From an uncultured Verrucomicrobiae bacterium (GTDB lineage Bacteria > Verrucomicrobiota > Verrucomicrobiia > Limisphaerales > JAFGQR01): DNA of 64,000 nucleotides. The stretch spans positions 1-64,000 of the forward strand of contig CAWBHS010000043.1 of assembly GCA_963788655.1 (NCBI GenBank), given 5' to 3'. Each line of letters begins with the position of its first letter. Positions within the stretch are counted from its first letter, which is position 1. Under the pieces are notes generated by a model. That model ran no database searches and was not told the DNA's origin. It saw only the letters and a program-made list of their open reading frames with translations. The position numbers and the translations under genes were made by a program. Below, piece by piece: positions 20,807-32,100 of this stretch.

Positions 20807-22814
20807 GCGTAGTGGTTTCCTGCTCGCTGCGGACCGGCAGCCGGATGGTGAAGGTGGCGCCTTTGCCCTCCTCGCTCTCCACGGTGATGGTGCCCCGGTG
20901 CTCCTTGACAATCCCGTAGCTGATCGCCAGGCCGAGGCCCGTTCCGTGGCCGACCTCTTTCGTGGTGAAAAACGGGCTGAAGAGGCGGTCCAGGTCCTCT
21001 TCCTTGATGCCGTGGCCCGAATCGGTGAACTCGGCTTCGACCGCGCCGTCCGCCGGCACCTGCCGCGTGGTGACCGTAAGTTTGCCCCCGCCGTTCATGG
21101 CCTCCGCGGCGTTGAGAATCATGTTCATGAAGACCTGCTGGATTTGGGACGGGTCGATGAACACCTGCGGCAGGTTCGGGCTGAGGTGTTTGATGACCTG
21201 GATGTTGTGAAACAGCGCCTGGTCTTCGACCAGCGACACACATTCCTCCAGCACCCGGTTCACGTTGGATAGCCGCTTCTCCGGCTTGCGCTGCCGGGAG
21301 AAATCCAGCAGCCCGCGGATGATGTCCCGGCAGCGGTTGGCCTGCTTCACGATCTTCTCCAGCGACTGCCGCGCGCCGTTGTCCGCGGAAGCCCGCTCCA
21401 GCAGCAGGTGCGAGTAGGTGACGATGCCCGTCAGGGGGTTGTTGATCTCGTGCGCCACCCCGGCGGCCAGTTGCCCGATGTGCGCCAGCCGCTCCGATTC
21501 CATGATGCGCCGCGTTGTGAATTCCCGCACTTTTTCGTCGCGCTTCTTGAGGGCCGCCGCCATGAAGTTGAAGGCGTCCGCCAGCTCGCGCAGCTCGTCA
21601 TGCGACCGGATCGCCACCCGCGCGTCGAGGTTGCCGTGCGCCACCTGGTCCGAGGCCGCCGCCAGCTTCTTGATGGAGATCGAGATCTTGCCCGAGATGA
21701 ATGAGGCCAGCCCAAAGGCGACCAGCGCTCCCACCACCGTCACCGCCAGGAACACCATCACCGCCCGATGCCGCAGGTCCACGTACTTCTGCTCCAGCAC
21801 CCCCACGTAGAGCATCCCGATAATGGTCCCGGCCAGATCCCGAATCGGCTCATAGGCCGTGATGTACCAGTGGTTTACCACAAACGCCCGCCCGAACCAG
21901 GGCTTCCCCTGCCGCACGACCTGGTCATAGACATCGTCCGCCACCCGCGTCCCGATAGCGCGGGTGCCATCGGCGTTCCGGACGTTGGTCGAGATCCGGA
22001 GATCGTCCTGGAAGATGGTCGCCGTCCCCATGTCCTTGCCCTTGTACTGGAGATTCTGAAACACTGTCTGCTTGATCCGGTCCACCAGCTCGAAGTTGCG
22101 GTTCAACAGCACGCCCCCGTAGACAATCCCCAGGAGCTTTTGCCCCGGGTCCAACACCGGCGCCGCCGCCTTCAGCATGAGGCCCGACGCCTCTTCCTTC
22201 TCGGTCCGCGGCCGCGCCTTGGGCGTATCAATGAACTTGAAATACGCCCGGTCCGCCAACTGCGGAGATTCACGCCGTAAGTTCTCCGCTGACACAATGC
22301 ACGCCGCCGCGACCGGTTCCCGGTGCTGCATCACCGCCCGCACCAGCTCGTCCCCGGACTGATCGTCTCCGACCTGCGCCGCATTGCCGGCGCGCAGCAA
22401 CACCCGCCCGCGCGCATCCGTGATCGCCAGCACGTCCAGGTGCTCCCGCTCCTTTGTCCGCGCCAGCGCCTCGGCGGCTTGCTTCGTGTCGCCCGAGAAC
22501 AGGGAATTCATCAGGAGCAGCCGGTCGGCGGTGAAACGCACCACGTCGTTCACGGCAGCCAGTTTGTTCAGGTAGATCTCTCGCGCGGCATTTAGGTCCG
22601 TCTCCACTTTGGCCTGTGCTTCCGCCACCACCCGGTTCCCGATCACCCACACCCCCACAATGCCGAATACCCCGCTCGTCAGCAGAATGATGAGCAGGAA
22701 GCTCAACACCAGCTTCGTCGCCATCCGCACCCTGAAGACGCAGGAACTGCCCGGCGCAGGCTGCCCCAGCCGTCCCCCGCTCAGGAAACCGATTATGTGC
22801 GACAGCTTCTTCAC
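20790..22814 (-). CDS. Membrane sensor histidine kinase (Cache plus HAMP, NtrB-like)
   Basis: Two TM helices; Cache signature TATIFQDDLRISTNV...RAIGTR...YITAYEPI; HAMP; AHEINNPL; PFFTTKEVGHGTGLGL. Confidence 0.9.
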   Translation of the reverse strand: MKKLSHIIGFLSGGRLGQPAPGSSCVFRVRMATKLVLSFLLIILLTSGVFGIVGVWVIGNRVVAEAQAKVETDLNAAREIYLNKLAAVNDVVRFTADRLLLMNSLFSGDTKQAAEALARTKEREHLDVLAITDARGRVLLRAGNAAQVGDDQSGDELVRAVMQHREPVAAACIVSAENLRRESPQLADRAYFKFIDTPKARPRTEKEEASGLMLKAAAPVLDPGQKLLGIVYGGVLLNRNFELVDRIKQTVFQNLQYKGKDMGTATIFQDDLRISTNVRNADGTRAIGTRVADDVYDQVVRQGKPWFGRAFVVNHWYITAYEPIRDLAGTIIGMLYVGVLEQKYVDLRHRAVMVFLAVTVVGALVAFGLASFISGKISISIKKLAAASDQVAHGNLDARVAIRSHDELRELADAFNFMAAALKKRDEKVREFTTRRIMESERLAHIGQLAAGVAHEINNPLTGIVTYSHLLLERASADNGARQSLEKIVKQANRCRDIIRGLLDFSRQRKPEKRLSNVNRVLEECVSLVEDQALFHNIQVIKHLSPNLPQVFIDPSQIQQVFMNMILNAAEAMNGGGKLTVTTRQVPADGAVEAEFTDSGHGIKEEDLDRLFSPFFTTKEVGHGTGLGLAISYGIVKEHRGTITVESEEGKGATFTIRLPVRSEQETTTHEAQA

Positions 22815-23428
22815 ACTCGGGTCATCGCCTGCTTCAAATCACGAAATGCCCTCGCTGCCACTGCGCCCGGCACCCCTGGGAGGCCCCGCGCCAATAGCTC
22901 GCGCCGCGGCAGGCTCTTCCCTGCTGTCCCTAAGCCTCTGCCGCTCCACCTCGCGCCCGATTGCACGTCGTGCTTCGATCATAAGTGTTCCTAAGCGTTG
23001 CGCCGGACCCCAATACCGCCCGCTCCCTCCTTCCCGCGTCCTTTCGGTCAGCCCGGCTGTTCTGCACCGCCGCCGCCAGCCCTCCCAGCGCGCGACGGCA
23101 TTCCAGCATGTCTGAATCCACTAAACGTCAATCCACCCCGGAAATCTCAACATGCCTTGCCAAACCCTCTCCATATTTTGTGCTCTCGACTACCTTTATA
23201 ATTCAGCAACACTAATGATATGGATGCTAATTGGTGAAGCCCCACCAAATCACTTTCCGCTCGGCAGCCCCGGCACCACCCGCCCGCATCCAGCCTCCTA
23301 CCGCGGCAATGCTCCATAGGAGTTCCCAAGGTCCTGCACAGGTCTTCCGCAGGACCTCCCATCGGAATTGCCTTCTTTTTTTGGGTTTCCCTCCCCCCGC
23401 TCCGCCCTCGATAGCCCAGCCTGCTCAC

Positions 23429-24738
23429 TTAGCTCATCCGGCTCATCCTCGCCACATAAGTCCCATCCACTCCCTCCACAAAGGGCAACAACTCCCGCCA
23501 CTCTTCCAGCCTCATCTCCGGATCTTTCCCTAAGAAACTCATCCACCACCTCGCTGTTCTCCTCGGGCTCGAGACTGCACGTGCTGTAAACCAGCGTGCC
23601 CCCCGGCTTGAGCAACGCTGCCGCCTGCCGCAACAAGCCACCTTGCATGGCGCGCAGCCGCCCGATTTCCTCCGGGCGAATCCGCCAGCGCAAATCCACC
23701 CGGCGCCGCATACGCCGGTATTCGAGCACGGGGCGTCAATCAGAATGCGGTCGAAACCTGCTGCCGGTTGAGGGGCGAGGGCTGAAGGATGGAAGGAGGC
23801 TGGACGCAGGACACGCCCAGGCGCGCGCAATTTTGCTCGACCAACTTCAGCCCGTTCGGCGCGGTATCGTACGCGACGATGCGCCCTTCGTTCCGCATGC
23901 GTTGGGCGATGTAGGTCAGCTTGCCGCCGGGCGCGGCGCAGAGATCCAGAACGTTCTCGCCGGGCTGCGGATCCAGCATCGCCCACGGCCAGCAGCGTGC
24001 TGGGGTCCTGAACGTAGAACAGGCCGTGCTGGAAACTGGCCAGCCAGGCCAGCGGCGGATGCGATTTCAGCTCGAACACCAGGTTCTCCTCAAGCCAGTC
24101 GCGCCGGAACAAAATCATACTCCACGTCTTCGTCGCGCCATTGGGCGAGCAATTTGCCGGCATCGGTTTTCAAGGTGTTGACGCGGGCGAAGGTTTCGGC
24201 GGCGTGTTGTTCCACTCCATCAATTCCGCGGCGCGTGCTCTCGGCCCCAGCGCTTTTGCCACCGCGCTCGACCAGCCATTCCGGGTGGGAATAGCCGAGG
24301 GCGGCTGTGTGCGTCTTCAGAGTTCGGCCAGCAGGCGCCTTTGTTGCATCGAACTCGCGCAAGTAGCCGCGCAGCACCGCATTCACGAATCCGGCCTGCG
24401 GGCCAAATCCGCTCTGCTTGGCCAGTTCGACGGTCTCATGCACGGCCGCATGGTCGGGATGCGGTCCAGCCAGAAAATCTGGTAGAGCCCGAGGCGCAGC
24501 AGATCCTGCAGCGCGGGCTTTTGCGCGCGGCCGGCTGGTCTTGCGGGCGATGAGCCAGTCGAGCGTCGCCTGCCAGCGCACGACGCCATAAACGAGTTCC
24601 TGGCACAGCCGCGGTCGGCGCGAGGAAAGCCGCGCCCCGGCCAGCGCCTCCTCCAGCAGGCTTTCCACGAAATCGCTGGCCGTTCGCCGCCGCCGCAGGA
24701 TACTGCGCCGCAATTTCTCTTGGTTTTTGCGCGCTCAC
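23429..24738 (-). CDS. rsmB: 16S rRNA m5C967 methyltransferase RsmB, frameshifted
   Basis: NusB-like N-terminus (ELVYGVVRW, LRLGLYQ), SHPEWL, YVQDPST, LDLCAAPGGK, DAPCSNTG, LVYSTCS. Confidence 0.9.
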
Positions 24739-24787
24739 AGCCTTTAATAAATGGTTCTGCTTCGGGACGCGAGCGTTAAGATACTTT

Positions 24788-26632
24788 ATGAGAGAAGAAT
24801 TTGAGAAAATGGTGGCGGCCGGAAAGATCGGAGCGGCACCATATCGAAGCGTTGGTGCAACTGACCAACAGCGGCTTCTGCATGCACCGCAGCTGGGGCT
24901 TTGGGCGCATCAGGACGGTGGACACGGTTTTTGCCCGGTTCACGATTGATTTTCCGAAACAAGCCCGGGCACACGATGGATCTGGCGTTCGCCGCGGAAT
25001 CGCTCAAGCCCATTCCCAAGGACCACATTCTCGCGCGCAAAGCCTCCGACCTCGAAGGCCTGCGCCAAATGGCCGCCACGCAATCACCTCGAGCTGGTCA
25101 AGCTGGTGCTCAACAGCTACGGCGGCAAGGCCACGGTGGACCAGATTCAGCAGTCGCTCGTGCCGGACGTCATCAGCGACGACTGGAAGAAATGGTGGGA
25201 GGCGGCCCGGCGCGAAATGAAGAAGGACGGTCACTTTCAGGTGCCGCTCAAAAAGACCGAGCCGATCGTTTATCAGGCACAGGAAATTTCCCTGCAGGAC
25301 CGGCTGATGGAGGAGTTTCGCGCGGCCAAAGGACTTGAAGGCGCGCGTCGCCGTCGCGGCCGAAATGCTCAAGAACGCCCCCGACCTGACCGACAAGGCC
25401 GCCGGCGGCAACGAAATCATCGCCGCGCTGAACACGGAAATCGCCAGCCACCAACGCACCCAGCCCGCCGTCGCGCTGGAAGCGATTTTCGCCCGCGACG
25501 ACCTTCGCGCCGCTGGCCGGCTTGCCGCCGACCGAGAGTGAAATCACCGCGCTGGCGATCTGGGCGCAGGACGTCGAAGTTCGGCCGCTGCTGGAAGCAG
25601 TTCCGGCCGCGCAAGCACCGCCGGGCGCTGGAATCGTTCAAGGCGGCCAATCCCGAGCACTGGCACGAACGGTGCTGCTGGATCGCCTGAATCCGGTTTC
25701 CGCGAGGCTGTGCCGCGAACTGGCCGCGCTGCTGATCAGGAAGGCAAGATGGAGCAGCTCAAGGAGACGCTGGCCCGGCTCATCAGCCAGCACACCGCCA
25801 GCAGCGAGCTGCTGCTCTGGCTGGCCAAGGACCGCAGCGATGCGTTCGCCGACATTCTCGGCCCGGAAGTTTTCCGCGCCATGCTCACCGCCATGGAGCG
25901 CGACCAGTTCAACGAGAAGCGCTCCAACCGCCTGCGCGAATTACATCCTGGACGACCAGGAGCTGCTGGCCGAACTGACCGCTGCCGCCGACCTCGAAGT
26001 GATCAAGGACCTGACCCGCGCCCTGCAGCTTTCGCCCGTGTTCGACGACATGGACAAGCGTTCGCTGCTCGCGCGCATCGTGAAGAGCCATCCCGTCAGT
26101 GCAGTCGCTGATCTCCGGCGAGCAGACCCGGCAGGAGAACGCGCTCGTGGTCTCGTGGGAAAGCCTGGAACGCCGCACGAACGAATACACGCGAACTGGT
26201 CGCAGAAGAAGATCCCGGCCAACTCCAAGGAAATCGCCATCGCCCGCAGCTACGGCGACTTGCGCGAGAACCACGAATACAAGGCCGCCAAGGAAATGCA
26301 GAAGCTGCTCATGCGCCGCAAGGACGAACTGGAAACCGCAACTGGTCCGCGCCCGCGGCACGGATTTCGCCGACGCCCGCACCGACGTGGTCAGCATCGG
26401 CACCGTCGTGCACGCCACCGATCTCGCGGCCAACCAGCCGGAGACGTTCACCATCCTCGGCGCGTGGGACTCCGATCCGGAAAAGGGCATCATCAGCTAC
26501 CTTTCGCCCGTCGCCCAGGCACTCCTCAACCACAAGGTCGGCGACGAGGTGGAATTTGAAGTCCACGGCGACCGCCACCGCCACCGCATCGACTCCATCG
26601 AGCCCTACAAGACGGTGCAGCAGCCGACGTAA
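24788..26632 (+). CDS. greA: Long-form GreA transcription elongation factor with N-terminal extension, frameshifted
   Basis: ATG at 24788; HRSWGFG, WKKWW; C-terminal IAIARSYGDLRENHEYKAAKE, TILGAWDSDPEKGIISYLSP. Confidence 0.88.
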
Positions 26633-26827
26633 GGCGCCTCTGGCCGGGCATCGAGCCTTACGCGGTTCTTGGCCATGACCGGCGAGACGCGCTCGCTGTG
26701 CGCGCCGCGGTTTCTCCACCGCGCCTCTGTTAACGCAAGACCAGGGGCGCCCTTACTCACCACCTGATCCTCTCCGCCGGGCAGGTGCGACGCCTGTCCT
26801 CTGGCCTGCCCTGCCTCAACCACCTCT

Positions 26828-26844
26828 TGTCCCAATGGTGGACA
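26828..26844. promoter_or_regulatory. Palindrome TGTCC-N7-GGACA, candidate enhancer-binding-protein site
   Basis: TGTCCcaatggtGGACA about 65 bp upstream of the sigma54 motif. Confidence 0.45.
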
Positions 26845-26906
26845 CTCATTTCGCCAAGTAGCCGCTTACCCCGCCTTTATCGCCGAACCCGCCCATATTT
26901 GGCCCC

Positions 26907-26923
26907 TTGGCACCCTGACTGCT
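26907..26923 (+). promoter_or_regulatory. sigma54 -24/-12 promoter of the secretin gene
   Basis: TTGGCACcctgaCTGCT matches TGGCAC-N5-TTGC with exact GG-N10-GC spacing, about 70 bp before the ATG. Confidence 0.65.
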
Positions 26924-26990
26924 AAGTCGTCTCCAAGTGAAACAGAGCATTCTGTCATGGTCCGGTCTAAATCAGCGCAAATTTAAGCAC

Positions 26991-29111
26991 ATGAAACGCA
27001 TACTAATCGCCCTAACGCTCGTTGCGACCATCGCCTGCAATCAGGCTGGCTTCGCGCAAACCGCCTCTCCCGCCGATGACGCCACGGCCCCGCCGGCTAC
27101 CGCCGCCCCGGCCGACGATCCCGCCCCGCCGGCGCTTGCGCCGGACACGGCAGCGGTGGCTCAAGCCCCCGCGCCAGCCGCCGACCCGGCAGCGGCTAAC
27201 GATGCTGCCCCGTCGGCTCCCGCCGCCGAGGCCCCCGCGCCGGATGCCGCCGCGATCGCGGCCAACGACGCGGCCCCAGCGGCCGCCGCAGCCGAGGCTC
27301 CGGCGCCCACCGTCCCCGAAGCCGCCACCAATGAGGCCGCCCCGGCGGCCGAGAAACCCCCTCCGACCGCTGAGCCGGCCCCTGAAGCCACCGATGCCCC
27401 CGCGGCCGACGCCCCGCCCGCCGCTCCGGACGCCGCCATGGCCGCCGACGCGCCCCAATCGGGCACTATTATCCCGCTGATCGTCATGGACGACGTGCCG
27501 CTCACCGACGCCATCCGCAACCTTGCGCGCCAGGCCGAAATCAATTATATGCTCGATCCCAGCATCGGCTACGGCCAGGTCGGGGCCGACGGCAAAGTAA
27601 CGCCCCAACCCTCCGTCTCGATTCGCTGGGAAAACATCACCGCCGGGCAGGCCCTCACCGCCCTGCTCAATAACTACAGCCTTCAGTTGGTCGAGGATCC
27701 CAAGAGCAAGATCGCCCGTATCACCGTCAAAGACCCCGCCGCCCCCGACCCGCTCGTCACCAAGATCATTCAGCTCAAATGGGCCCCTCCCTCGAACGTA
27801 CTCGCCAGTGTCCAAGCCATCCTTGACCCCAAACGCAGCAAAGTCATACCCGACGTCCGCACCAGCCAGTTGGTCGTCCTCGCCACCGAAAAAGAGATGG
27901 TGACTGTGGACGAACTGATTGAGTCCCTCGACACCCAGACCAAGCAAGTCCTTATCGAAACCCGCCTGATTGAAGTTCGCACCAACCCCAAGACCAAGAA
28001 GGGTGTGGATTGGAGCGGCACCCTGGCCAACCAGCACGTGACCTTCGGCAACGGCTTCATGACCGGCCAGAGCACGACCACCCTGCCGGGTGAGACCACA
28101 ACCTCGACCACTACCCTGCCGGGCGGCCGTCAGATCACCACCTCTTCCACCGACCACTCCAGCACCAAGACCATCCTCGACTCTATCATCGGCGGCGGCG
28201 GTTTTTCGCTTAACACCGCCAGCGGTATCACCCCCAACATCGGCTTCCTCAACGCCGATGGCGTCAGCGCCACCCTGTCCTTCCTCAACACCTACTCCGA
28301 ATCCAAGGTGCTCTCCGCTCCGCGCACCGTCACGCTCGACAATGAAGAGGCGAAGATCGAAGTCGGGACCATGTATCCCATCGTCAACACCACCGCCGGC
28401 ACCGCCAATACCACCGGCGGTTCCCAGATTACCTACTCGAACCTGACCGTTTTGCTCAAGGTCACCCCCCGTATTTCCGCCAACGACTACGTCAATCTGA
28501 AAGTTTCCCCGAGCGTTACCCGGCTCGGCCCGCCGGTTGCCAGCAGGGTCAACGGCGAGGACAACGTGGTGGATTCGTTCCTGACCCGCCAAATTGATAC
28601 CCGCGTCATGATCCCCAGCGGCAACACCCTCGTCATGGGCGGCCTCATCCAGGACGAAGTCAACAACGGCAACACCAAGGTCCCGATCCTGGGCGACATC
28701 CCGGTCCTGGGCTACCTGTTCCGGGTTGACTCCAAGCAGCGCGACAAAGGCAACCTGGTTGTCTTCATCACCCCCACCATCGTCCAGGAAGAGGATTTTC
28801 AGCCCACCAAGACCACCTTCCTCAAGCAAAAACTCCCGCCCAAGGACGAGATGGAAGGAGACTGGTCCGCGTGGGATAGCGGCAAACCCAAGGACTGGAG
28901 CAAGAAGAAGGTAATGCCCCAGGAGCCAGCGTTTGAGGAAGACACCGGCGCCTCGCCTTCGGCCAGTAACAAGGTAATGCCCCAAGAGCCAGTGTTTGAG
29001 GAAAGCCTCGACGCCTCGCCTTCGGCCAGTAAGAAGGCAGCGCCCCAAGAGCCAGTGTTTGACGAAAACCTCGGCGCCTCGCCTGCAGCGAATACTCAGG
29101 CCAGCCGTTGA
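26991..29111 (+). CDS. Secretin (GspD/PilQ family) with Ala/Pro-rich N-terminal linker
   Basis: Signal peptide; DDVPLTDAIRNLARQA; DTQTKQVLIETRLIEV; LSAPRTVTLDNEEA; GGLIQD; KVPILGDIPVLGYLFR; LVVFITPTIV. Confidence 0.92.
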   Translation: MKRILIALTLVATIACNQAGFAQTASPADDATAPPATAAPADDPAPPALAPDTAAVAQAPAPAADPAAANDAAPSAPAAEAPAPDAAAIAANDAAPAAAAAEAPAPTVPEAATNEAAPAAEKPPPTAEPAPEATDAPAADAPPAAPDAAMAADAPQSGTIIPLIVMDDVPLTDAIRNLARQAEINYMLDPSIGYGQVGADGKVTPQPSVSIRWENITAGQALTALLNNYSLQLVEDPKSKIARITVKDPAAPDPLVTKIIQLKWAPPSNVLASVQAILDPKRSKVIPDVRTSQLVVLATEKEMVTVDELIESLDTQTKQVLIETRLIEVRTNPKTKKGVDWSGTLANQHVTFGNGFMTGQSTTTLPGETTTSTTTLPGGRQITTSSTDHSSTKTILDSIIGGGGFSLNTASGITPNIGFLNADGVSATLSFLNTYSESKVLSAPRTVTLDNEEAKIEVGTMYPIVNTTAGTANTTGGSQITYSNLTVLLKVTPRISANDYVNLKVSPSVTRLGPPVASRVNGEDNVVDSFLTRQIDTRVMIPSGNTLVMGGLIQDEVNNGNTKVPILGDIPVLGYLFRVDSKQRDKGNLVVFITPTIVQEEDFQPTKTTFLKQKLPPKDEMEGDWSAWDSGKPKDWSKKKVMPQEPAFEEDTGASPSASNKVMPQEPVFEESLDASPSASKKAAPQEPVFDENLGASPAANTQASR
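28908..29096 (+). repeat. 3 x 63-bp in-frame tandem repeat at the secretin C-terminus
   Basis: Units start at 28908, 28971 and 29034: KVMPQEPAFEEDTGASPSASN / KVMPQEPVFEESLDASPSASK / KAAPQEPVFDENLGASPAANT. Confidence 0.9.
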
Positions 29112-29158
29112 AACTGTCGTGCTCTTGGTCACCCTATGACTCCTTTTATTCCTGTCCT

Positions 29159-32100
29159 ATGAAAACCTCCATCTTTAACCGCCTCAGGCGGGCTGTGGGA
29201 CAAGTCTCCCCTGCCTTGGCCCTTGCCGGAACACTCGTGTGCGCAGCGTCACTGCTGCTGGCCCCCGCTAACCTGAGGGCACAGTCAACCCCCAACGGCG
29301 TGGAAGTGGATACGTTGTCGGGCGGAGGTCTTTTCCCCTATTACGGCTCGGGTAATGGCAATACAACCGCCGAAGCCCAATTCCACACCCCCATCGGCCT
29401 GGCGTTGGACAGCACGGGCGAATTCCTCTTCGTCGCCGACCGTGACAATAACGCCGTCCGAATGCTCGACCTTTTCTTCGATCAGACCTACACCATCGTG
29501 CCCAACGAGTTCACTCCAGCGGGCACAATCAACAACCCCGTGGGTGTGGCCTTGGACGGAGGCGATAACCTTTATGTCCTCAATTACGGCGACGGCAGCA
29601 ATGGCTCGGTCCAGGCGTTCGACTACTACGGCGATCTCATTCCCATCACGTTTGCCACGAATTTGACCAATGTCAGCTCCATTGCGCTCGATGAAGTGGC
29701 CAATATCTATGTAACGGCGGGCAACTCTCTCCTCCAGGTTGTCCCTGGCGGACCCCCGATCATCGTCGCCACGGTCACCAACACAGGCGCCGTCCTCCAG
29801 GGCCTCGTTGTGATGGACGACGGCCAGGTTGCGGTTTGCGACTCCGGTCGCCATGGCATCTACCTCATCAACCCCGCTACGGGTATCATCTCTACCAACA
29901 CCGGCTTCCATGGCCCTGGCGATAACACCTTCGGCGACAATGTGCACTTCGTCAGCAAACAAAACGTCAGATTCAACCAACCCTATGGTCTGGCCAAGGC
30001 AGGCAACGGTTTCCTCGTCGTCACCGACTACGGCAACCACCGCGTCAAGGTGGTCAATTCGGTCGGGGGCGTCACCAACCTCTACGGCGTTAACCCCAGT
30101 CTCTGGCTTACGAACGTCCCGGGGGTCTACCCCGGCTGGTACGACGGCGAAGTCACGGTGCCCGACCAGGTCGGCGATGTCGAAGCCCGCGAACCGCGTG
30201 GTGTGGTGCTCGCCGCGGGTGGCACAGTTTATGTCACGGAAGACTATTACCACCTGATTCGCAAGGTCACGGGCGCCACCTTGCCTGAAATTCCGCCCCC
30301 GCCCCCGCCCCCGCCGCCAGTCCCCGCTCCCGACATCGGCTGGGTGGAGTTCCCTCCCCCTTCCCCTTATCTGTCAGTCCTCAGGACCAATCAGCCGTTT
30401 GTGTTCCACAACGACGTGACCATTGCCATCCGCGGCACGCCTGGCGCTCAGACCCATTTCACCTACGGCGAAACCGGCAGCGTCATTCCCAATCCCAGCG
30501 CCACTGTCGGCAGCACCCCGCCAGACTATCCCGGTGACGGCTCGTACGCCAGCCAGGTGCCGCCCACCTTGGTGCCACCCCAGCCGGACTTGACCATCAA
30601 AGCCATTGGCTATGCCCCCCTGCGGGAAAGCAGCTACGTGGTCTCCGCCCGCTTCCAGTTCAAGACCGCCAACCCGCTCATCGTCGGTAACAATGCCGCG
30701 ATGTTCAGCATCACCAACCAAACCATTGGCGCGGAGATGTGTATACCCTGGACGGCTCCGACCCCATCGCTGACGGCACCAACAGCGTGGGGCCGATCAC
30801 GAGCGGGGCTAGCCTGTCGCTCGACGCCACCTCGGGTTTGACCTTCAAGATCCGCGCCTTCCGCACCGATTACCAGCCCAGTGATATTGTCACCGCCTTC
30901 TTTTCCTTGACCAATTTCACTCCCAACAGCATTAGCTTCGGCTTTGCCTCCGGTGAAGCCTCCAGCGAGTTCATCGCTTCCGCTGGTCAGCTCTTCTATG
31001 CCCCGGTCACCCTCAACCCGCTGGCTGACACGCTCATCTACAGCCTCCAGTTCAACTTGACCGTCACCAATGCCGGCTGGAACCCCGGTCCGGCTGTGAC
31101 ACCGGGGGCCTACTCCTTCGAATCCATGCTGGTGAAACCGGACCCGAACAATCCGAATTACTACCTCGACATACCGCCCTATATGTTTATTGGTAACGCC
31201 AATAACCCTCCTCCGCCGGGCCAGATTGTCCCCTATAACAACACCAATTTCATCAACATGGTATTTACTAACACCAGCCTCAACCTGCTCGGGGTAGGCT
31301 GGCTCGAGCGCCAAGGCCAGACAAACCTCTACGACACCACTGCCCAAACCCTCATCGACTTCTCCATGGCCCATGATACGGTGTTCACTCCCGCTATCGG
31401 CAAAGTCGTTGTCGGCGGCTACGCCTTCTCGGTTCCCCCCGCCGCCACCGCCGGCCAAACGTATCAAATCAACATCGGCCGGCCCTCGGCGACCTCTGAC
31501 GGCATCGGCACCCCGGGTTCCGATATCTATATTGCCACCCCCACGGATGGCTCGCTCACTAATGGCGCCATTAACTCCGTCAAAGTGGTCACCGTCGGCC
31601 AAGTCAAATACACTGCGGGAGACTGCGCTCCCTTCCGCTGGTTCAACGCCGGTGATTTCGGCAACACCCCCACCAACAAGCTCGACAACAGCGACGTCGA
31701 ACAGGTATTCCAGTCGGCCATCTACCGCCTGAACAACCCGCCAGCTGGGAGCGACTTCTTTGACAGCATGGATTCCTGCGGCTACACCTACGTTGACAAC
31801 GGCAATGGCTATCTGGAGAAGAATGTCCTTGCAGGTACAAGTGTGTTATTCGACGGCAACGACACCACCATCAATGATATTGCCTTTGGCGACGCCAACC
31901 TGGACGTGTGCGACGTGTATGTCACCTTCCGCCGGTCATTGGACCCGAGCTTGTCCTGGTTCCGCCGCTTCTGGACCAATGGCATTCTTGCGGCTGAACT
32001 AATCGCCCAGCCGAGTTACTTCTACCAGCCTCAGGCCAAAGAATCCAGCGGCACGACAGAGTTGAAGGGCAGTTCCCTGAGCTCCACTAATCCTGCCTCC

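Noticed and set aside
23146..23165. sigma54 promoter for the Hdr operon (minus-strand TTGGCAAGGCATGTTGA)
   Set aside because: No GC at the required GG-N10-GC spacing.
27012..29132. 706-aa antisense ORF and similar long shadow ORFs
   Set aside because: They mirror well-supported genes in GC-rich DNA and have no recognisable motifs.
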